In this document: piece after piece, positions 38,516 to 53,199 of the stretch
Position numbering within the stretch: position 1 is the stretch's first letter
How the letters are laid out: each line of letters starts with the position of its first letter
Assembly: GCA_012026655.1 (NCBI GenBank)
Contig: JAAILG010000109.1
Coordinates: 1-64,000, forward strand
Direction of reading: 5' to 3'
Source of the DNA: Hydrolagus affinis
Taxonomy: Eukaryota
Length of the DNA stretch: 64,000 bases
Notes under the pieces: model-generated
Seen by the model: the letters and a program-made list of their open reading frames with translations, nothing else
The model's database searches: none
What the model was told of the DNA's origin: nothing
Position numbers and translations under genes: made by a program

Positions 38516-39869
38516 ATACATAAACAGCCAAATGACAGCAAACAATCCAGCAAAGCAGTCAAACATTTAAATAGACAGAAAGTCTGAAAGAAGCTTCTCA
38601 CCAAATAACCCAAAGAAGGGCTACAGTTCCATTGTTATTCCCCAAGAGGATGCTACGTGTTCTCTGTACATTTCAACACTACTGGAGGCGGCATAGATGC
38701 AATGAATGCAGAAGATCCACTGATGAAGCCATGAGATACATTATTGTTGCACAACAAACCATGCTCTGTACTATCATTTGTCACAGAAAGCTACAACAAT
38801 TCAAATTATAAACAATAGCTGAGACAGAACAAGTTGCTATTCCAAGCATAAACATGCTAAACAGAGGAATATCCTAAAGTCCTGATAAGAATTGATTATG
38901 GAGATATGCAATTGATCAGCAATGACAGGAGAAATTTCGGTTCAAGGCCAATCACAGCGACATACTGTAGCCGGAGATGTGACCTTGGATACATGCAGCA
39001 TTTCAAGATGCTAAGCACTTGTAAAACACACAACCATTAGCAAATATTAATAATTCAGAAGCCATAATAGCAACAACATTACATTTGTATAGTGACTTTC
39101 ATATCCGGAATGCAGTGCGTAGGGTGTTTTTGTGGCAACGTCAGACACGTGCCACATTTGAATGGCCGCAGAGAGAGAAAGATGCTGCTGCAAACAAAAC
39201 AAACCACTCTCTCTCCTTTGCAACTTCACATTTTTTGACGTATTGGCACGGAACATTGCATTCTGCTCAGCATTTCCACAAGCAAAGTGGAGCTCATCCG
39301 TCCTAGGAATCGCTATCCTTATGGAGTTCTAGAATAAAGTGTTTTCATGCGCCACATGAATATTAATTTTAAACAGGCATTACTGGTTTCTTTTCCCATA
39401 GGAAAATGGCAGTTCCATTTTTAAATTAAAAATATTTGTTTGACAGGCAATCACGAATGTATCAGAAATATGTTTCAGTGACATGCATAAAGATGGACTG
39501 GCAAGCATTTTGATAGCTCACGCTGAATTCACTTTATCATCTGCATGGAATATTTTACCATTTGGAAGAGTCATTACTGAAATCCTGAAATCCTAGGTGA
39601 AAGGGTCTAAGCCCAAAGTACAAGAAATCTCTAAGGTTGAACAGAGTAGCAGAAATGAGCTGCATCAAAACTGCTTTGTTGATGCTACATTTGGCTTTGG
39701 AAAGACTTAGATAATATGAGGAAATTATAATTTTAAAAATTCTAAACTACACCCTGTGGGGAATGGATTAAAATATATGCAATATTTATCCTAGATTCAT
39801 GAAAAAAAAGTTTTTCCTTTTTCTTTACATGAATCTTATGATGATTTTATTGCAGAATTTTCACTTTAA

Positions 39870-40152
39870 TCAATTCACTTTACAGTATTTCTGTGAAGTG
39901 CTTTGAGACGTCTAGAAGATGTGACAAGTGCTATATCACAAGCAAGGATTGTTATTTATTATTACTTTTTCAGACACAAGCCTTGCCCCCTCTCCAAGTC
40001 ACGCCTAAAACCGTCTTTTTCGACTGTGCTTATGGCCACCTCTCCCAACAATGCCCCCACAACCCCACCTCAGAGTCAGGCTCCATCACTGTTAAGTGTT
40101 CTGTGACGCCACCCAGAGTGGAGGCTATATATAAGTGCAAGTTGTTGTTGTT
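39870..40152 (+). mobile_element. SINE tail followed directly by an L2 3' end
   Basis: SINE tail to ~39963, then cttgccccctctcc...cctaaaaccgtctttttcgac...ctatatataagtgcaagttgttgttgtt. Confidence 0.7.
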
Positions 40153-40811
40153 TTAAATGGAAATGCTCTGTTGAATTCAATCAGTTGAATCTGTAAGCTC
40201 TTTATTTTGAAGAAACCCTTCCTTTGGAAAAGCGATGTTCCCAGAGTACGATTACCGCACGCGTATAAAATCTATAAATGATTCTCTCTGAACAGGACAT
40301 TCATCTTTCATTACTAATCATTCTGTGACAATGAAATAGATTCTTTTTAATGAGCCCAGGTTTCAAAAGTAACCATGGCCACCAAGCTTCAAATCATTAA
40401 GCCTCTCTCCACTGCTTTGCATTTGACTTGCCCTCTTTTAGTCTCCTTTAGAGACAGGCTAAGAATTGCAGCAAACAAAAACAGAGATGACATCTTATCT
40501 TTGCTGAAAAAAATCGAGAAATGATTGGGGTTTGTAAGAAAACAAAAATAAAACACTCAAACAATATCAAGAAGTGCATACTCAAAGCAGCTAAACTGCA
40601 TTTAGCCACAAATTTTAAAAATGCATTTTATTTCCCTTTGGAAAGCTTAGTTCATCATCACTTAGTCACCAGTAGCTGAAATAATCAATGCCTCCTCCTT
40701 CACTTATGCAGGCATGAGGACAAAGATTACATTTCATTCTCAGAGCTGCAGAATGCATCTTTGTGCATGTGGTTAAAATACGCTTAGTGATAGAGAGCAA
40801 GCCAAAGTGAA

Positions 40812-41055
40812 TATAGAAACATAGAAATCTGCAATGCAGAAGGAGGCGAATTAGCCCATTGAGTCGGCGCGGACTCACAACAACACCTTGCCTTTTCCCC
40901 ATACCCCTACAACCCCCTCTATTTCATATGAATGTGGCCATCCTTCAATCTAGAACTGTAGAATTATTGTACATAGAATCATACAGTGCGGAAACAAGCC
41001 GTTCGGCCCAACTAGTCTGTGCTGTACATACTCCACACAAGCCTACTACCATCTA
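40812..41055 (-). mobile_element. Two short CR1-type tail fragments
   Basis: atagaaacatagaaat...gcccattgag and catagaatcatacagtgcggaaacaagccgttcggccca are reverse complements of CR1 3' tails. Confidence 0.55.
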
Positions 41056-42721
41056 GTAAGGTAGCCAGGTTTTAACCGGAATTGATCCATGCATAATACC
41101 AACTAAATTTTGAAAACACGGGTTTAGAGAAAAGTAATCAGTTATTCATACCAATGGAGTCAGACTTTCATAGGCAAATGTCAGCAGTACAGTAGGGCAA
41201 AAATTCCACCTGGGCCTAGATTTACTTCTCACCCGTAGCATTTAAAAATGTCCCCAATTTGGCACATTGTGAATTCAGTATCAATTCTTAGGTCATTTTT
41301 CTGTAGTCTGTTAAGTCTGTAGAACTTAACTGGAAATAAAAAAGCATGCTCTCCTTTGTAATCCTTCAATCCTATCAATCCATATTAGTTCAAGTTTAAT
41401 ATAGAGATTTATTACCACATTATTAAATCTTTACTCAATGCTTCTGGTTTGTCCATTTCATTGCGATCTCACCTTCTGGATGTAAATCAAATTCAAGCAT
41501 TTTTACCCTGAATCCTTCTTCTTTTACAATCTCTTCAAGCTATCACAATTTCCATTTTGAATCAAGGTATTTGCCCCAAAGATGTACGGTTGATATATAT
41601 TGCATGGCATAATATATATAACTCATTCATTGCACATCAATTGAATGAAAGAAACCAGCTCCTTATAATGAATGCTATCAAATATATTTTCAATGAAGAT
41701 GCATAAAATATAGTTTCGACATGGAGCCGCCACATCCCTCCTACACTCCACCATCATTACTACAAAGAAGATCACAGTTAGAGCAAATTGATAGTAACAT
41801 ACGGATCAAGAGTTCTGATGTCCTATTTAACAGTGACTAATAGATCAAGCTCATGAATACGATACAATGTTCCTTTAGTTTGCATTGAACAATTTGGGAA
41901 GGTATGGGAAATATAAAATTGTATTTATCAGCACAAATAGCATACTAAGTGCTCTGAGACAGAATCATGGTCTCCATTCTCCACTGCAGATGGTTCCTTG
42001 CATTTAAAATCCAGATGGAGCCTTCTGTTTTTGGCAAAAGGGGTATATTTTGCAATATTGTTACAGTACAAATTACCCTCTGCCAGAAGATATTAAAACA
42101 TAAAAAAGGGCAGAAAATTGGCTAAATTATTTTGACAGCAGTGCATATAGAGCAAAACAAATAGATAGCATGCATTTGCTAAAAAGCTAAGAAAGGAATT
42201 CCGAATTAAATTACCTTTTCAACTGACATTTGTATATGTTCAGTGACATAATGTAAATATGATGTAACTGTAAAGTTTGGAGTGCTTTGGCTTACAGCCA
42301 GAGAGAAGGGATGAGAAACATAAAGTTATGTTTGTCCACCGTTGATTACAAATAGTTGAAAAAGTACAAATCGCAGGTGCTTTAACGATTTATAAACTTG
42401 TTAAAAACTGTGATTAAATTATGTGACTTGGTTTCAAAATGATAACCATTTCTACAAATATACTTTTTTGTATAAGGACTTTGTTCGTACCTTCCACCCC
42501 CACCCCCATTATATGAATGACTTGCAAGCTATCTGTCAATCAGACATAGCCAGTGGAGGTACATGAAGCCGTCACTAAGGCAAAACTCCTGGACAAAACT
42601 CTCTCCCATAAGGGAAATCATTTCATTTCAGGCCATACCATCTGCCCATCCAGATGTTGCTCTCACAAAACTATTGGAGGAATCAGTTCCAGGAAAATCC
42701 ACAGGGCGATACAGGCATGAC

Positions 42722-42905
42722 ATCAACAACAACTTGCACTTTTATAGCGCTCTCCATGCACGGCAGCATCTGAGAGTTCTTAACAATGGTGGGGGGTGGG
42801 GGGGGGGGGGGAGGAGGGAAGCGGAAGCATAGTTGGAAACAGAGGTTTCATGACGGGATTTGAAAGCAGGAAGAAAGGGGTAAACTGAAGGGATCGAGGG
42901 AGAAT
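42722..42905 (-). mobile_element. L2 3' end fragment
   Basis: caacaacaacttgcacttttatagcgctctcca tail; minus-strand peptide FLPAFKSRHETSV. Confidence 0.6.
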
Positions 42906-45034
42906 GACGACATGCAAGTTGGAGGAAACTCACACAACGATTGTTATGTGACAGTTATGTAAACAGCAGTTATTTATCACAAAATTCTCAATGGAACCAA
43001 GCAAATGGACTCTGCAATAGAAACTAGACTGTCTTATGAGATCTGCAATATCTCAAGCAGGCTAGCATGATAAACCTGTGCAAGTTGGTGCTGAGCGATT
43101 CTGCAGATTTTCGCGAACCTCAATAAACAACAATAATAACATTACATTTTTAAATCCCAAAGCACTGGATATAAATATAAAGTTTGCCCTGGAAGATTTC
43201 AGAGGTCTTTCATAGATTGATATACAACAAATTATATAGAAGTTACTATGAATGAAATTTAAATAGGTTTATCAGAAATAGACTGTCTGCACTGGTACTG
43301 GATAGATCCTAATAATAATTCTTGCATTTGATACAGTGTCATCACATTAAAATGTCTCAAAATGCTTGAGAGAATTTCTGTAGAGTATGGTGATTGTACT
43401 GAGGATGAATATTGCAGCCAATTTCCCAGAAGACCTAACACCTCTGGGAATAAGCCAGACAATTCCTTAAGGATGTTTGAGCCAAATGTTCATATGTTAG
43501 CTCAAAGAGCAGCCCATTTGCTGAACGGTTGCTGGATAGGATGTGATCTCTAAGGTGCAGAGCTGATGCCTGTCAGACTTCCAGAGCTGGAAGACAATCA
43601 AACTGAAGGAGATGCCAAGGGTACAGCAAGTTTCATTGTGCCTGATTCACTGTAACGTTTAACAGGTCGTGTAATGATCTCCAGCTCTGATCCTTTTAAC
43701 CTTGTGCCACAGTATAAGCTGCCGGTGACATCGAGCCATCAAAAAGCGAGAAATATCCTGTGCATAAATAGCCCCTTGCATAACTATGTGCTAAATAACA
43801 TACTGAATTAAAACATCATTGAAATAATAATCCTTGCATTTCGCCAAGGAACAAGGCAGCCAATTTGCACATAGCAATAACCCCAAAATAGAAGTGAATA
43901 AGCAATTTTATCTTGTGGATTGTTTGCCAACAAATAAAAACCTCCTATGTCATAATTTATGCTTCTTTGTAGCAGTTTTCCAATTACTGTAACATTTCAT
44001 ACTTAAATGCTTGTATTGACTATGGTGTAGAGGCAGCACACAATTGGTTAACTTTCTCTGTATCTTCAACATGGAAGTAATGTAACTTCATTTTTAAAGC
44101 CTTATTCTGCTTTTCATCTCATCTGCAGAGAATGATGCATTCATGAACATCCTCACAGAATTTCCTACCTCATTATTTGAAGTAGATTAGCTTGATTTCC
44201 TTTCATGCGTTTATATCCTACTGATGCCCTGTAAATCCTCTTTCATAGTAATGACCTACACATGGATTCCTACCACCTCTTCAATAACTACTGAAATATA
44301 ATGAGACGTTACATTTCACTTCTGCTTAAAAGTTAATTATAGAGTTGCAGGGCACCCACTTGGTCACACATCTTACGCTGTGAAGATGGAATAGCTGTCA
44401 GATTTCTGGGTTTCTTATGATTTGTTACATAAAGGAAGAAGTAAGGGTGTATTAGATATCAAAAATTATTTAAAAATTGATTCATCTAAAGGAAAACGAC
44501 ATGAAAGGTCATGTTGTAGGCAGGAAAAAGTAAATTATTTTTTAGTTTAAAAAATGGTTGCTACCCAGTTTTCTTCCTGCACAAATTAAACTCAGATTTC
44601 TGCTGCCTTCATTCTCACAGGGTGGGTGGGAGAGATCAGTTACCTTTGCGTTTTCTATTTAGATGTTAGAATATACCAAATACTCTCCACAAGGAGTTCT
44701 TTGAGAGTTATACAATTTAAATTACAGAATAGGACTTTTATACGGTAACTCCATTGGAGCGAGAGCATTAGGCAATGCATGTTTTAGCAGCCGCAATATA
44801 TCAGAGAGAATTGTTGTGATAGCTTACATACTATCCTTTTCAAGTGAGATGCCATTGCTCTCAGCAGAGTATTACATTTCAAAAAGTGTAAAGTTCATCA
44901 ACCTATATCCAGTAAAGAGACACATCTAAGAAGAAGAAAATAACCATAATTTCTGACTTTTTATAAAAGATACAAATAAGTAATGGTAAATTAAAAGATA
45001 TTTTGTATAACATTCTCCATAACTGATCATTGTA

Positions 45035-45247
45035 TGATCTTTCAGCCACTATGCCGTCAAACTCTGGAACATTTTCCCTTAATCCCTCCATCTTGCTCCC
45101 TTTCTCCACCTCTTCAAGTACCGCCTGAAAACCTTTCTCTTCAGCCGTGTTTACGGACACCTCCCCCCAACCCACTGTCACTGTAATCGCCCTGAAACAC
45201 TTCCTGGCGTGGAGAGCACTATATAAGTGCAAGTTGTTGTTATTGTT
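45035..45247 (+). mobile_element. L2 3' end fragment
   Basis: actctggaac...ttcaagtaccgcctgaaaacctttctcttc...cactatataagtgcaagttgttgtt. Confidence 0.75.
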
Positions 45248-46999
45248 ATATTGTAAATTCATTTTCCGATGCTATTCGGAGCCTTGACGGCAATCATTGT
45301 TGGTATAACACACTTCACATGTTTAAAATACTACTGTATGAAGCTCTAATGTCCCCCAAATGATTCCATAGCATAATGTTATGTTAAAGATTGGCATCGG
45401 GAAAGTGCCGCCAAGTTATTGGGGTCCATTTTATAACTGTATACTGTATCTAGTTTCAAATTGCTAAAGGTATTCTTCTACAATCAAAATACCACATGTT
45501 TGATCTGTTAATTTTATTTTACTCTTTTGCTTTCCTGAAAGGGAAGCGAAAAAAGGTAATTTCCTTGGATCATTTAAGTTAATTTTCAATTTTGTTTCAG
45601 GATTGTATCTGAAAATATTGTATTGTGCACAAATGGAGTAAATTGAATGCAATGGAATATTACCTATCACATCCCACTGAATGTGAAATTGAGTTTGGAC
45701 GTTCGGTTAAAATAAAGAAAACAGTTACATTTTTATGAAACAAATAAATATCAAAACATTTTAGACAAAAAGGACTTGCTGATCCTGTTGCTTAGAGAGT
45801 CAAACCACATGGGTCCTGTAATGTAAAATGCTAAAAATGAATTCAGAATCCTCCATACAAATGTCCCCAGCCAGCACATTTGTAAATTAAATTCCTCAAC
45901 TCAGTGGAGAAATGGGTAAGTGCTTCCACTATTAGAGATCATGTAGTGGTAAAATGAGTGAAAGTTGCCGTCCACAGTGACAAAAACAATCTCTGGAAAA
46001 ACTAGCGAAAAAGAGGAAGCTCTGAAGTGAAATCTTGGCTTTGATGATAAAATGTCACTGATGATAGAATGTAGTTTTCCCTACAAAAGTATAATCCTCC
46101 AAGATGAGATAATAGCTGCTATTAATTCTATTAATATCTGGCTTGTAACTACTGGCTTCAAAACAGGTGCACGGCGGGTGGAAAAATGGTAGTTCAAAAG
46201 AACAATTAAAACTAAAAAATGCTACTGTATTTTTTTTGCCAAAATACATACATCATGGACTACCAGCAAAATGAACTGACTGCCAGGAAAAATTACTATG
46301 ATATTTTCTATCGAAGGCAAAACTTGTGGACCCATTTTAATTTGTGAAGCCGCACTTTCCATTGCCTCATGAGACCAGATGTCGCGGGCTTCGGGAGGCT
46401 GATCATATCCATGTCAGACACTAATGAGAGGGTACATCTTCAACTCTATAATCAAAATCAAAGTGAGTATGGAGACTGAATTGAGGTAACGTTCACTCCT
46501 ATCATGTTACTGAGTAATGCCCTGGAGATGCAATTGCATGGCATGACTTTCTTTTAGTATCACTGGATTGCAAGATATCTGATGAATCTTTTGATAGGCA
46601 AGTAGTCCAACAAAGGCTATTAAACTTGCAATATCAAGTAGTCTAATGCAACATCATACAGAATCTGCACAATTTAAGCATAAACTAAAGAACAGATCAT
46701 GAAATGAATGGTTAAGGGTATCAGAACTCCAAGAGCAGGATTTAAATATGATTACTGAACTCAGTCAATTTACCAATGTAGCTAAGCAACTTGTTTGCTT
46801 TGTGTATTGCTGATTGCGTGATATTAATTAATTACTGTTGAGTGATCCAACTCGTTTATTTGTTTTCTGGTAAATACCTTCCTTTGGGCTAGATTTCCCA
46901 CTTATCTATGGTAGATTCACTAACAAACCATAACTTCACTGCCAAAAAGATAATTCTTTACATTTTTCTTTCAGCACAGCAACAAACGCAATGCTGAAT

Positions 47000-47319
47000 A
47001 ACAATAATAATCCTTGCATTTTGATATAGCGCTTTTCTCATCTTATCGACTTCTCAAAGCGCTTCACAGAATATACTGTAAAGTGAATAGACTGTATATT
47101 TGTGGGCAAAACACGGCAGCCAATTGCGCACAGCAGTGTCCCACAAACAGTCATGGATTGAAATGACCAATTTTATTATTCTGCATTTTTTGGACGGATT
47201 ATTATTAAGCATGTGGAATAGGGAAACTTGCCCAAGGTTTCGCCCTGACCTGCCTGGATTCAAACACAGGTCTCACGCTTGTAAGGCAAGTGCTCCAACT
47301 GCTGAGCTACAGGAACTCC
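47000..47319 (-). mobile_element. Full-length tRNA-derived SINE (best-preserved copy in the window)
   Basis: Minus strand ggagttcctgtagctcagcagttggagc...gtttgaatcc head, body and (att)n tail; matches the 31.6 and 34.6 kb copies. Confidence 0.88.
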
Positions 47320-49024
47320 ACTCTGAAGTATTTAACTATCTAATTAAATGTGTGATGCAATGGATCAAGCTTGGTTTCTGTTTATGTTGCTGGAAAGTTA
47401 AAGGTTTAAAAGGAAGATTAACTGCATCTAACAAAAAACATATGCTAATCCATAAATAGATAAAATACTTTGATGCCAAAAGACGTATGAATTCACAAAC
47501 TTCATCTCTACTCAGCATGCATTGTAATTGTTGACCTGAAATTGCAAATGTTCACTGAAAATGGTGATAACTGCAGAAAACCTCTGGATCTTGTGAGGTC
47601 TGTCAAGGACAAAATCACCTTAAACCAACAAATCCAATATGCATTTAGAGGGGAAATCACTCATGCAGAGGATTTGTTGACACACGTTTTCAGCTTGAAG
47701 TCCAGTTTGAAGTAGAGGAAAGGATTCAGATTGCACGCTTCAAAGATTGACATTGAAATTGAAGACAAACACAATTTTTAAACAGTGACTAGCTAATATC
47801 TATAAAAGGTACATCATTTGTCATGGCTATCATAAAATCTTTATGTAAAAACAATGACTGGAAAGACCTTGTACTTTCAAAGTGCTTTATCATGTCAAAA
47901 CATCTCACAAGCACTTCACAAATAATTGCTGTCAGTTCCACTGAATGTTTTCATAGGTACATATCACAGTCATTATGTGCGAACAAGGTACCACAAAGAG
48001 AAATGTGTCAAAATCGCAATTAATCTGAATGAAGCTTCAGAAGAAGCTCTCACTAATTTTCATTTCTGGATGTGCACTGTTTATTCTGCACATTTTGGCC
48101 AGCTAATATTGTAAAACGTGCTTTCTGAGTGATCAAATCATTAAAATGGTACTTGAGGGCACAAAGAACTTGCTAGGAATTTAGGTTGATGGCCAAATCC
48201 ACCAACAGTTAACTTCACATCCAGTCCTCTTGTTCCATTCCAACGATTCAAGATAAGTGCTTGAAAATGATCTGGGGTACAGTACTGTGTTCAGGAACAA
48301 CCAGCCCCTATACAGTACATAGCTTCAAGTATCAGATTGCAATACAAGGGCAGGGTCAAATACTGAGTAAGGGAGAGGGGTGGAAAAGGGAATAACAAAA
48401 GCAACAGCTTAAAGTAATACAATAGTTATAATTAAATATGTTCAAGTGCAATACAGTACGTAATTGGTTTAATTTATGCATTAACTGAACGAAAGCGCCT
48501 GCATATATTTTAATACACATAACTAACTACTATAGTAAATTTATTTATAGCTTCATGACAAAATAGAGTTTTTCTTAAAAAAAAGCAATGCTTGTGATTT
48601 TTTTTCATATTGGTGAATAATGAATACTGCAATATTACAACAACAACACAATTATATATTAGGTTCATATTCTGCAATTTCTAAGGCATTGCCTTGGAGA
48701 TTTAGAAAGAAATGTCAGTATTCCTGTTCTTCAAAGTTACATCTGTGATTATTCAACTTCAATTCAGCAAATTAAATACTTTGGTGTCAACACCATGACA
48801 GCACATCTGAGTACTTTCTCTATTGGAAAGTGCAGCTTCATTGAGCCGAATGATCTTTGCATACCTTCTTAAACTAGTTTACACTTTAAATGCTGAAAGT
48901 AACTAGAACTCAGACAGAATTATTTCAGGGGATTTATTGCAAAACACAGGATGTTTCTAATTTAGAAACCGATACCACTCTTACTGTGGCAATGGCTACA
49001 TATAGAATTCAGGCTGTACTTTCA

Positions 49025-49230
49025 CACTCACTCAGGATCCCTCCGACTTGCCCCCTCCCTCACCTTACTGCAGGCAGTTTAGATACACTTTCAAATCCCA
49101 CCTAAAGACCTTCATTTTTGATCATATTTAGTCACCTCCCACCTCCGTCTCTCGTTGACTTGGACTCCACCACTGTCAAGCACTCCGGGTAACGTGAAGG
49201 GGACTATATAAATACAAGCTGTTGTTGTTA
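49025..49230 (+). mobile_element. L2 3' end fragment
   Basis: cttgccccctccctc...ttcaaatcccacctaaagaccttcatttttga...actatataaatacaagctgttgttgtt. Confidence 0.7.
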
Positions 49231-51289
49231 TCAGGCCCACATCAGGTGCTATATTCTCTACATTGTATTTCTTCAGATAAAAGTTTCCCTAGAGCTGGTG
49301 AGTAGGTGACATCATAAAGCATTAATATTTGATTTCAGGCATTGCAGTAAGTTCGCTTTGACACAGTGGTCAAATCTAATTTTCCACAACTGTTGGTATG
49401 AATGATATACCCATCAAAGCAAATAAAGATTATAAACACTTACTAAATGGAAAAGATTAAGCAGGATTGCTAAGAGATTATCTCGGAAGGTGATAATGAC
49501 TGGTGAGCTGGAAATGTGCGAGACAGTAGGGTTAAATGTGAATATATAATGACCTTTGCATTTGATACTGCTTTAATGCCACCTCTCTATCATTAAATAG
49601 CTGAGCATATTGGCCCATTGGCTAGAAAATTATAGCCTTAAATGAGGTACTGAATGGCTGTAAAACTGATGTACTGCAATGCAGCCTCTATAGCATAAAC
49701 ATAGTAGAATATTTCAATATCTAATAGGAACTGGTTTAGAGTTTTCAAAATTCATATTGCTCATTACTAAAAAAAGAATAAACAGCCTCTACATGCACAA
49801 TGCATTAAAATGATATGAATTTAAAATATTGTTTGTTACTATAGTATTTTGTGATTTGGGATTGGGACCTAAATTCAGTTAAATTGATTTATATTATTTT
49901 GAAGTAGAATGACTGCAAACATATACAAGAGAACAACAGTGTACTTACTTCAAAGATATGTGTTAAACACTAATGGCATTTTGAATTCCTTCCAGCGCTT
50001 TGAGACATCCTCCTGACATAAAAGATGCTATAAAAATATAATTTTGTTGTTGCTGTTGTTGTCACAAACAAACCAACAGGGGGTTTAAGAGCCAATAATG
50101 AGCAAAATATCTGCATCTATTCTGCACAGATTCATTTGCCTTGCAATTGTTTAAAGTATCTGTGCATCTTCATTATTTTTCGAAGATACACGAAGATTTT
50201 CGTGTAATCTTCACTTCATAAGGAATCAAATCCCAGAATTCAGGTAGAAGTGCAACAAGCCAACCTTACTGCAGACAGCTTAGACACATAGCCAGGAGCA
50301 GTTATGGTACAATGCACTAGTTCTACCTGACTTTGCCTGCATCACCTTCCGCTTTTGGGATTATTTGGGCCCAGTCATCAGGTTTATGGTTCCTTGCCTA
50401 ACAAGCCACCAATCGTATCATTGTGTGATCCAACATGAAAGAAGGAGACTAACTTTTTTGTTTTGAACACTGATGACTTGGATTTTCCTTATCCCATGTC
50501 AGCCAGTTAAAATGGACAATCCAACAGACCAGATTATTTTATTTATGCCCTATTATTCCACACAGGTGTTCGCCCCACTGTGTCATTTTGGCACTGCACT
50601 TTCTCAAACTGAGAATTTACTGTGATATAAACTCCCTCCTCTAGTAAATAGAATGGCTTGTGACTTTGCTTCTACTTAAAATACTGGCTTTGCTGCCTTG
50701 TGGGAATTGGGCCTGTTTGCAGTACTGTAATTTTTCCCCGTCAATTTATCAATTAACAAGAATGTTAAAGATCAAATGTGGAGCAAATGGTACTTTCACT
50801 GCGATGCTACTAAATCAGTTCTGAACATCATTGCAAACCACCAGGGTAGGATAAGTACAGTTCTCATTTGGGTGATCAATATTCACAGGTTTTCATTTAT
50901 AACTTGAAAACTGTGTTATGCTAGTGAAACAGAGGGAATGGATTGTATGCTCATTGGTATTACTCAGTAAATGAAAAAATATCAATTATAGGCCAAAAAT
51001 TGCAAACTGTACTAATTTGAAGGTTTAATTTCCATTCAACCATGAAGAAAACACATCTCTGTGAAACTCGAGAGCAATCGATCTGCTGAAGAATAAATTA
51101 AAGAATGTTAATTCGACCATCTGTGCATACACATTAAGTTTATTGCAAAACACCTATCTCTAAAATTAATAAAATACCCGTTACCCGTTAATGAACAAGG
51201 CAGCAAGGTTAGCTTGTATTTGAGGAATTTGCATAATATGTCTTCCTGTAATAGTAATGTTAAAATGACCCATGAGAAGTTCACTCCAA

Positions 51290-51467
51290 AAGTAAATCCC
51301 TCTATGGCTTTGCCCCACCCTACTTCTGTGACCTCCTGTAATCCTGTTGCCCCAACCAATCCCCCCACTCACCTATAGGCTTGCCTCACACAACAATAAT
51401 AATAATAATAATCCTTGCATTTGATACAGCACTTTTCACGTCTTCAGGACATCCCAAAGCGCTTATA
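51290..51467. mobile_element. Short L2 fragment (+) abutting a SINE tail (-)
   Basis: ctctatggctttgccccaccctac (LYGFAPPY), then (aat)n ccttgcatttgata...cccaaagcgctt. Confidence 0.55.
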
Positions 51468-53199
51468 CAATCTGCAAGCACAACACACCACTAATGAGTG
51501 AGGTACCAGCCTTTCTCCCTCCACTCTCTGGAACGAGATCTTGCCACCTTCCATCTCTTCTACTGTGTGTTCAGGACCCAGAATTAATAATTTAATTCTG
51601 CAATGTCCACAGTGAAGAGGAGCCAGGGAGGCCATGCTTCAAGCTTTGGTCAAGTACATAAGGTGTTTAGAATTTCAGGCATCCTGAAGATGAATCAGGA
51701 TCTGACCGCAATTTAAAAAGGGATATTGCTTTTCACAAACTTGGTTGTTGCACTTTGTAAAATAATCAAAGGTACTGACTCCCCCCACCCCCAGCTCGCT
51801 CCAGTTACAGCTTGTCCTTGATCGGATCATTCAGACTTTAAAACTCAGCTTCAGGTGCCAATTTTCACTGCAACTAATGAAAATTGGAAAGTAAAAGTCC
51901 TTATGAGCCTGTCATTTTCACATTATGCCATCGATGAGATGCTGCACACCAGCTCACGGTCTGCTCAATTACATTACCATGAAGGGTCACATTTAAGTTG
52001 AATTTCTCCTCCCCGAACATTTATTTCAATCGACTGCTACAGCTGTTATGATGTTCTTGAAGAACCTTTTCCATACTCTCACTAGCTTTCAAAGAGAAGT
52101 ATGTTAAGTGCAATTCAAATCCCTAGACTGTTTTATGTGAGTTATACATCAAAATCAAATTACTGTATTGATCAGGGCTGAAACACAAATAAAGCAAATC
52201 ATGTTTTTAATGGTCAGCTAGGTCTGACACATGGAGACCTAGCTGTTTAAGCATCAACCTGTTTAAGAGTATCTAAACCAAGATGAGAATTCCATGCATA
52301 CCCACCTAAACATGGAAATTCCAAAAGTAAAGAAACCCCACAAACAATTTTCTTACAACATGGCCATTTGGAAGAGTGTAGAGTATCATACTGTGTGTTC
52401 CTGGAGGGGAGGGCATTGCATTAGAATAAAGGAAAATATTTTTAATTCTTGGGCTGAATGCACCGTACAAATGTAATTTTGTTGTTGTGGATCTTGGTGC
52501 AGATTTCTCTATAATTGTTAACCTTCAAGAATCCCAGTAGCTAAAACATCTTCACCCATATAGTGTGTGGGGGTTGGGGAGGGGAGGGAGGGTGGGGCAA
52601 ATATCAATCTTGCAGTTATACAGTATAGATTACATTTCTGAATCCCTGACAGATTCCAATACAAAGTCAAAATCCCACACAAGTATTTTTCAGTGGAAAT
52701 CTTGGACACCCAGCTACTATCCAGGATAAGATGCTCAATGCCGAACACAGAGAGGCATTGACAAGTATACAAGGATAAAACCATTACCCTTCCATCAAAA
52801 ACATTTATATTACAGTAAAACAAATAAACGAATATCCTCAACAAATCAAAAACACGTCCTTTATTCTCATCATACTACACCAGAAGAAGTAGGCTTGATC
52901 TTGGTATTGGATGCCTAAAATATATCATATTATTTAAATAAGTTAAAGAACACCATCATACATTGTTATGTTCATCTTATTGTAGAGATAATGTAGCCTA
53001 AGTGCTCAACTTACTGCAAGCCTTTGTATGCACTTGATCTAGGCTGTCTCAGAAGAGTGACAAGGAAATAGTTGGCTTTCTCAAGATAAATTGAAGTGCT
53101 GTACCTTTGATTGGCTTTGAGTATTTTCGTGAACAGGGATGATCTTCCTCCAATTCACCTAGGAGTACTGTATTAGTAGCAAAATGATGCTTATGAGCA

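Noticed and set aside
43430-43760. Exon-like composition on either strand
   Set aside because: All three minus-strand frames after the best acceptor hit stops, and plus-strand ORFs are short and unrecognisable
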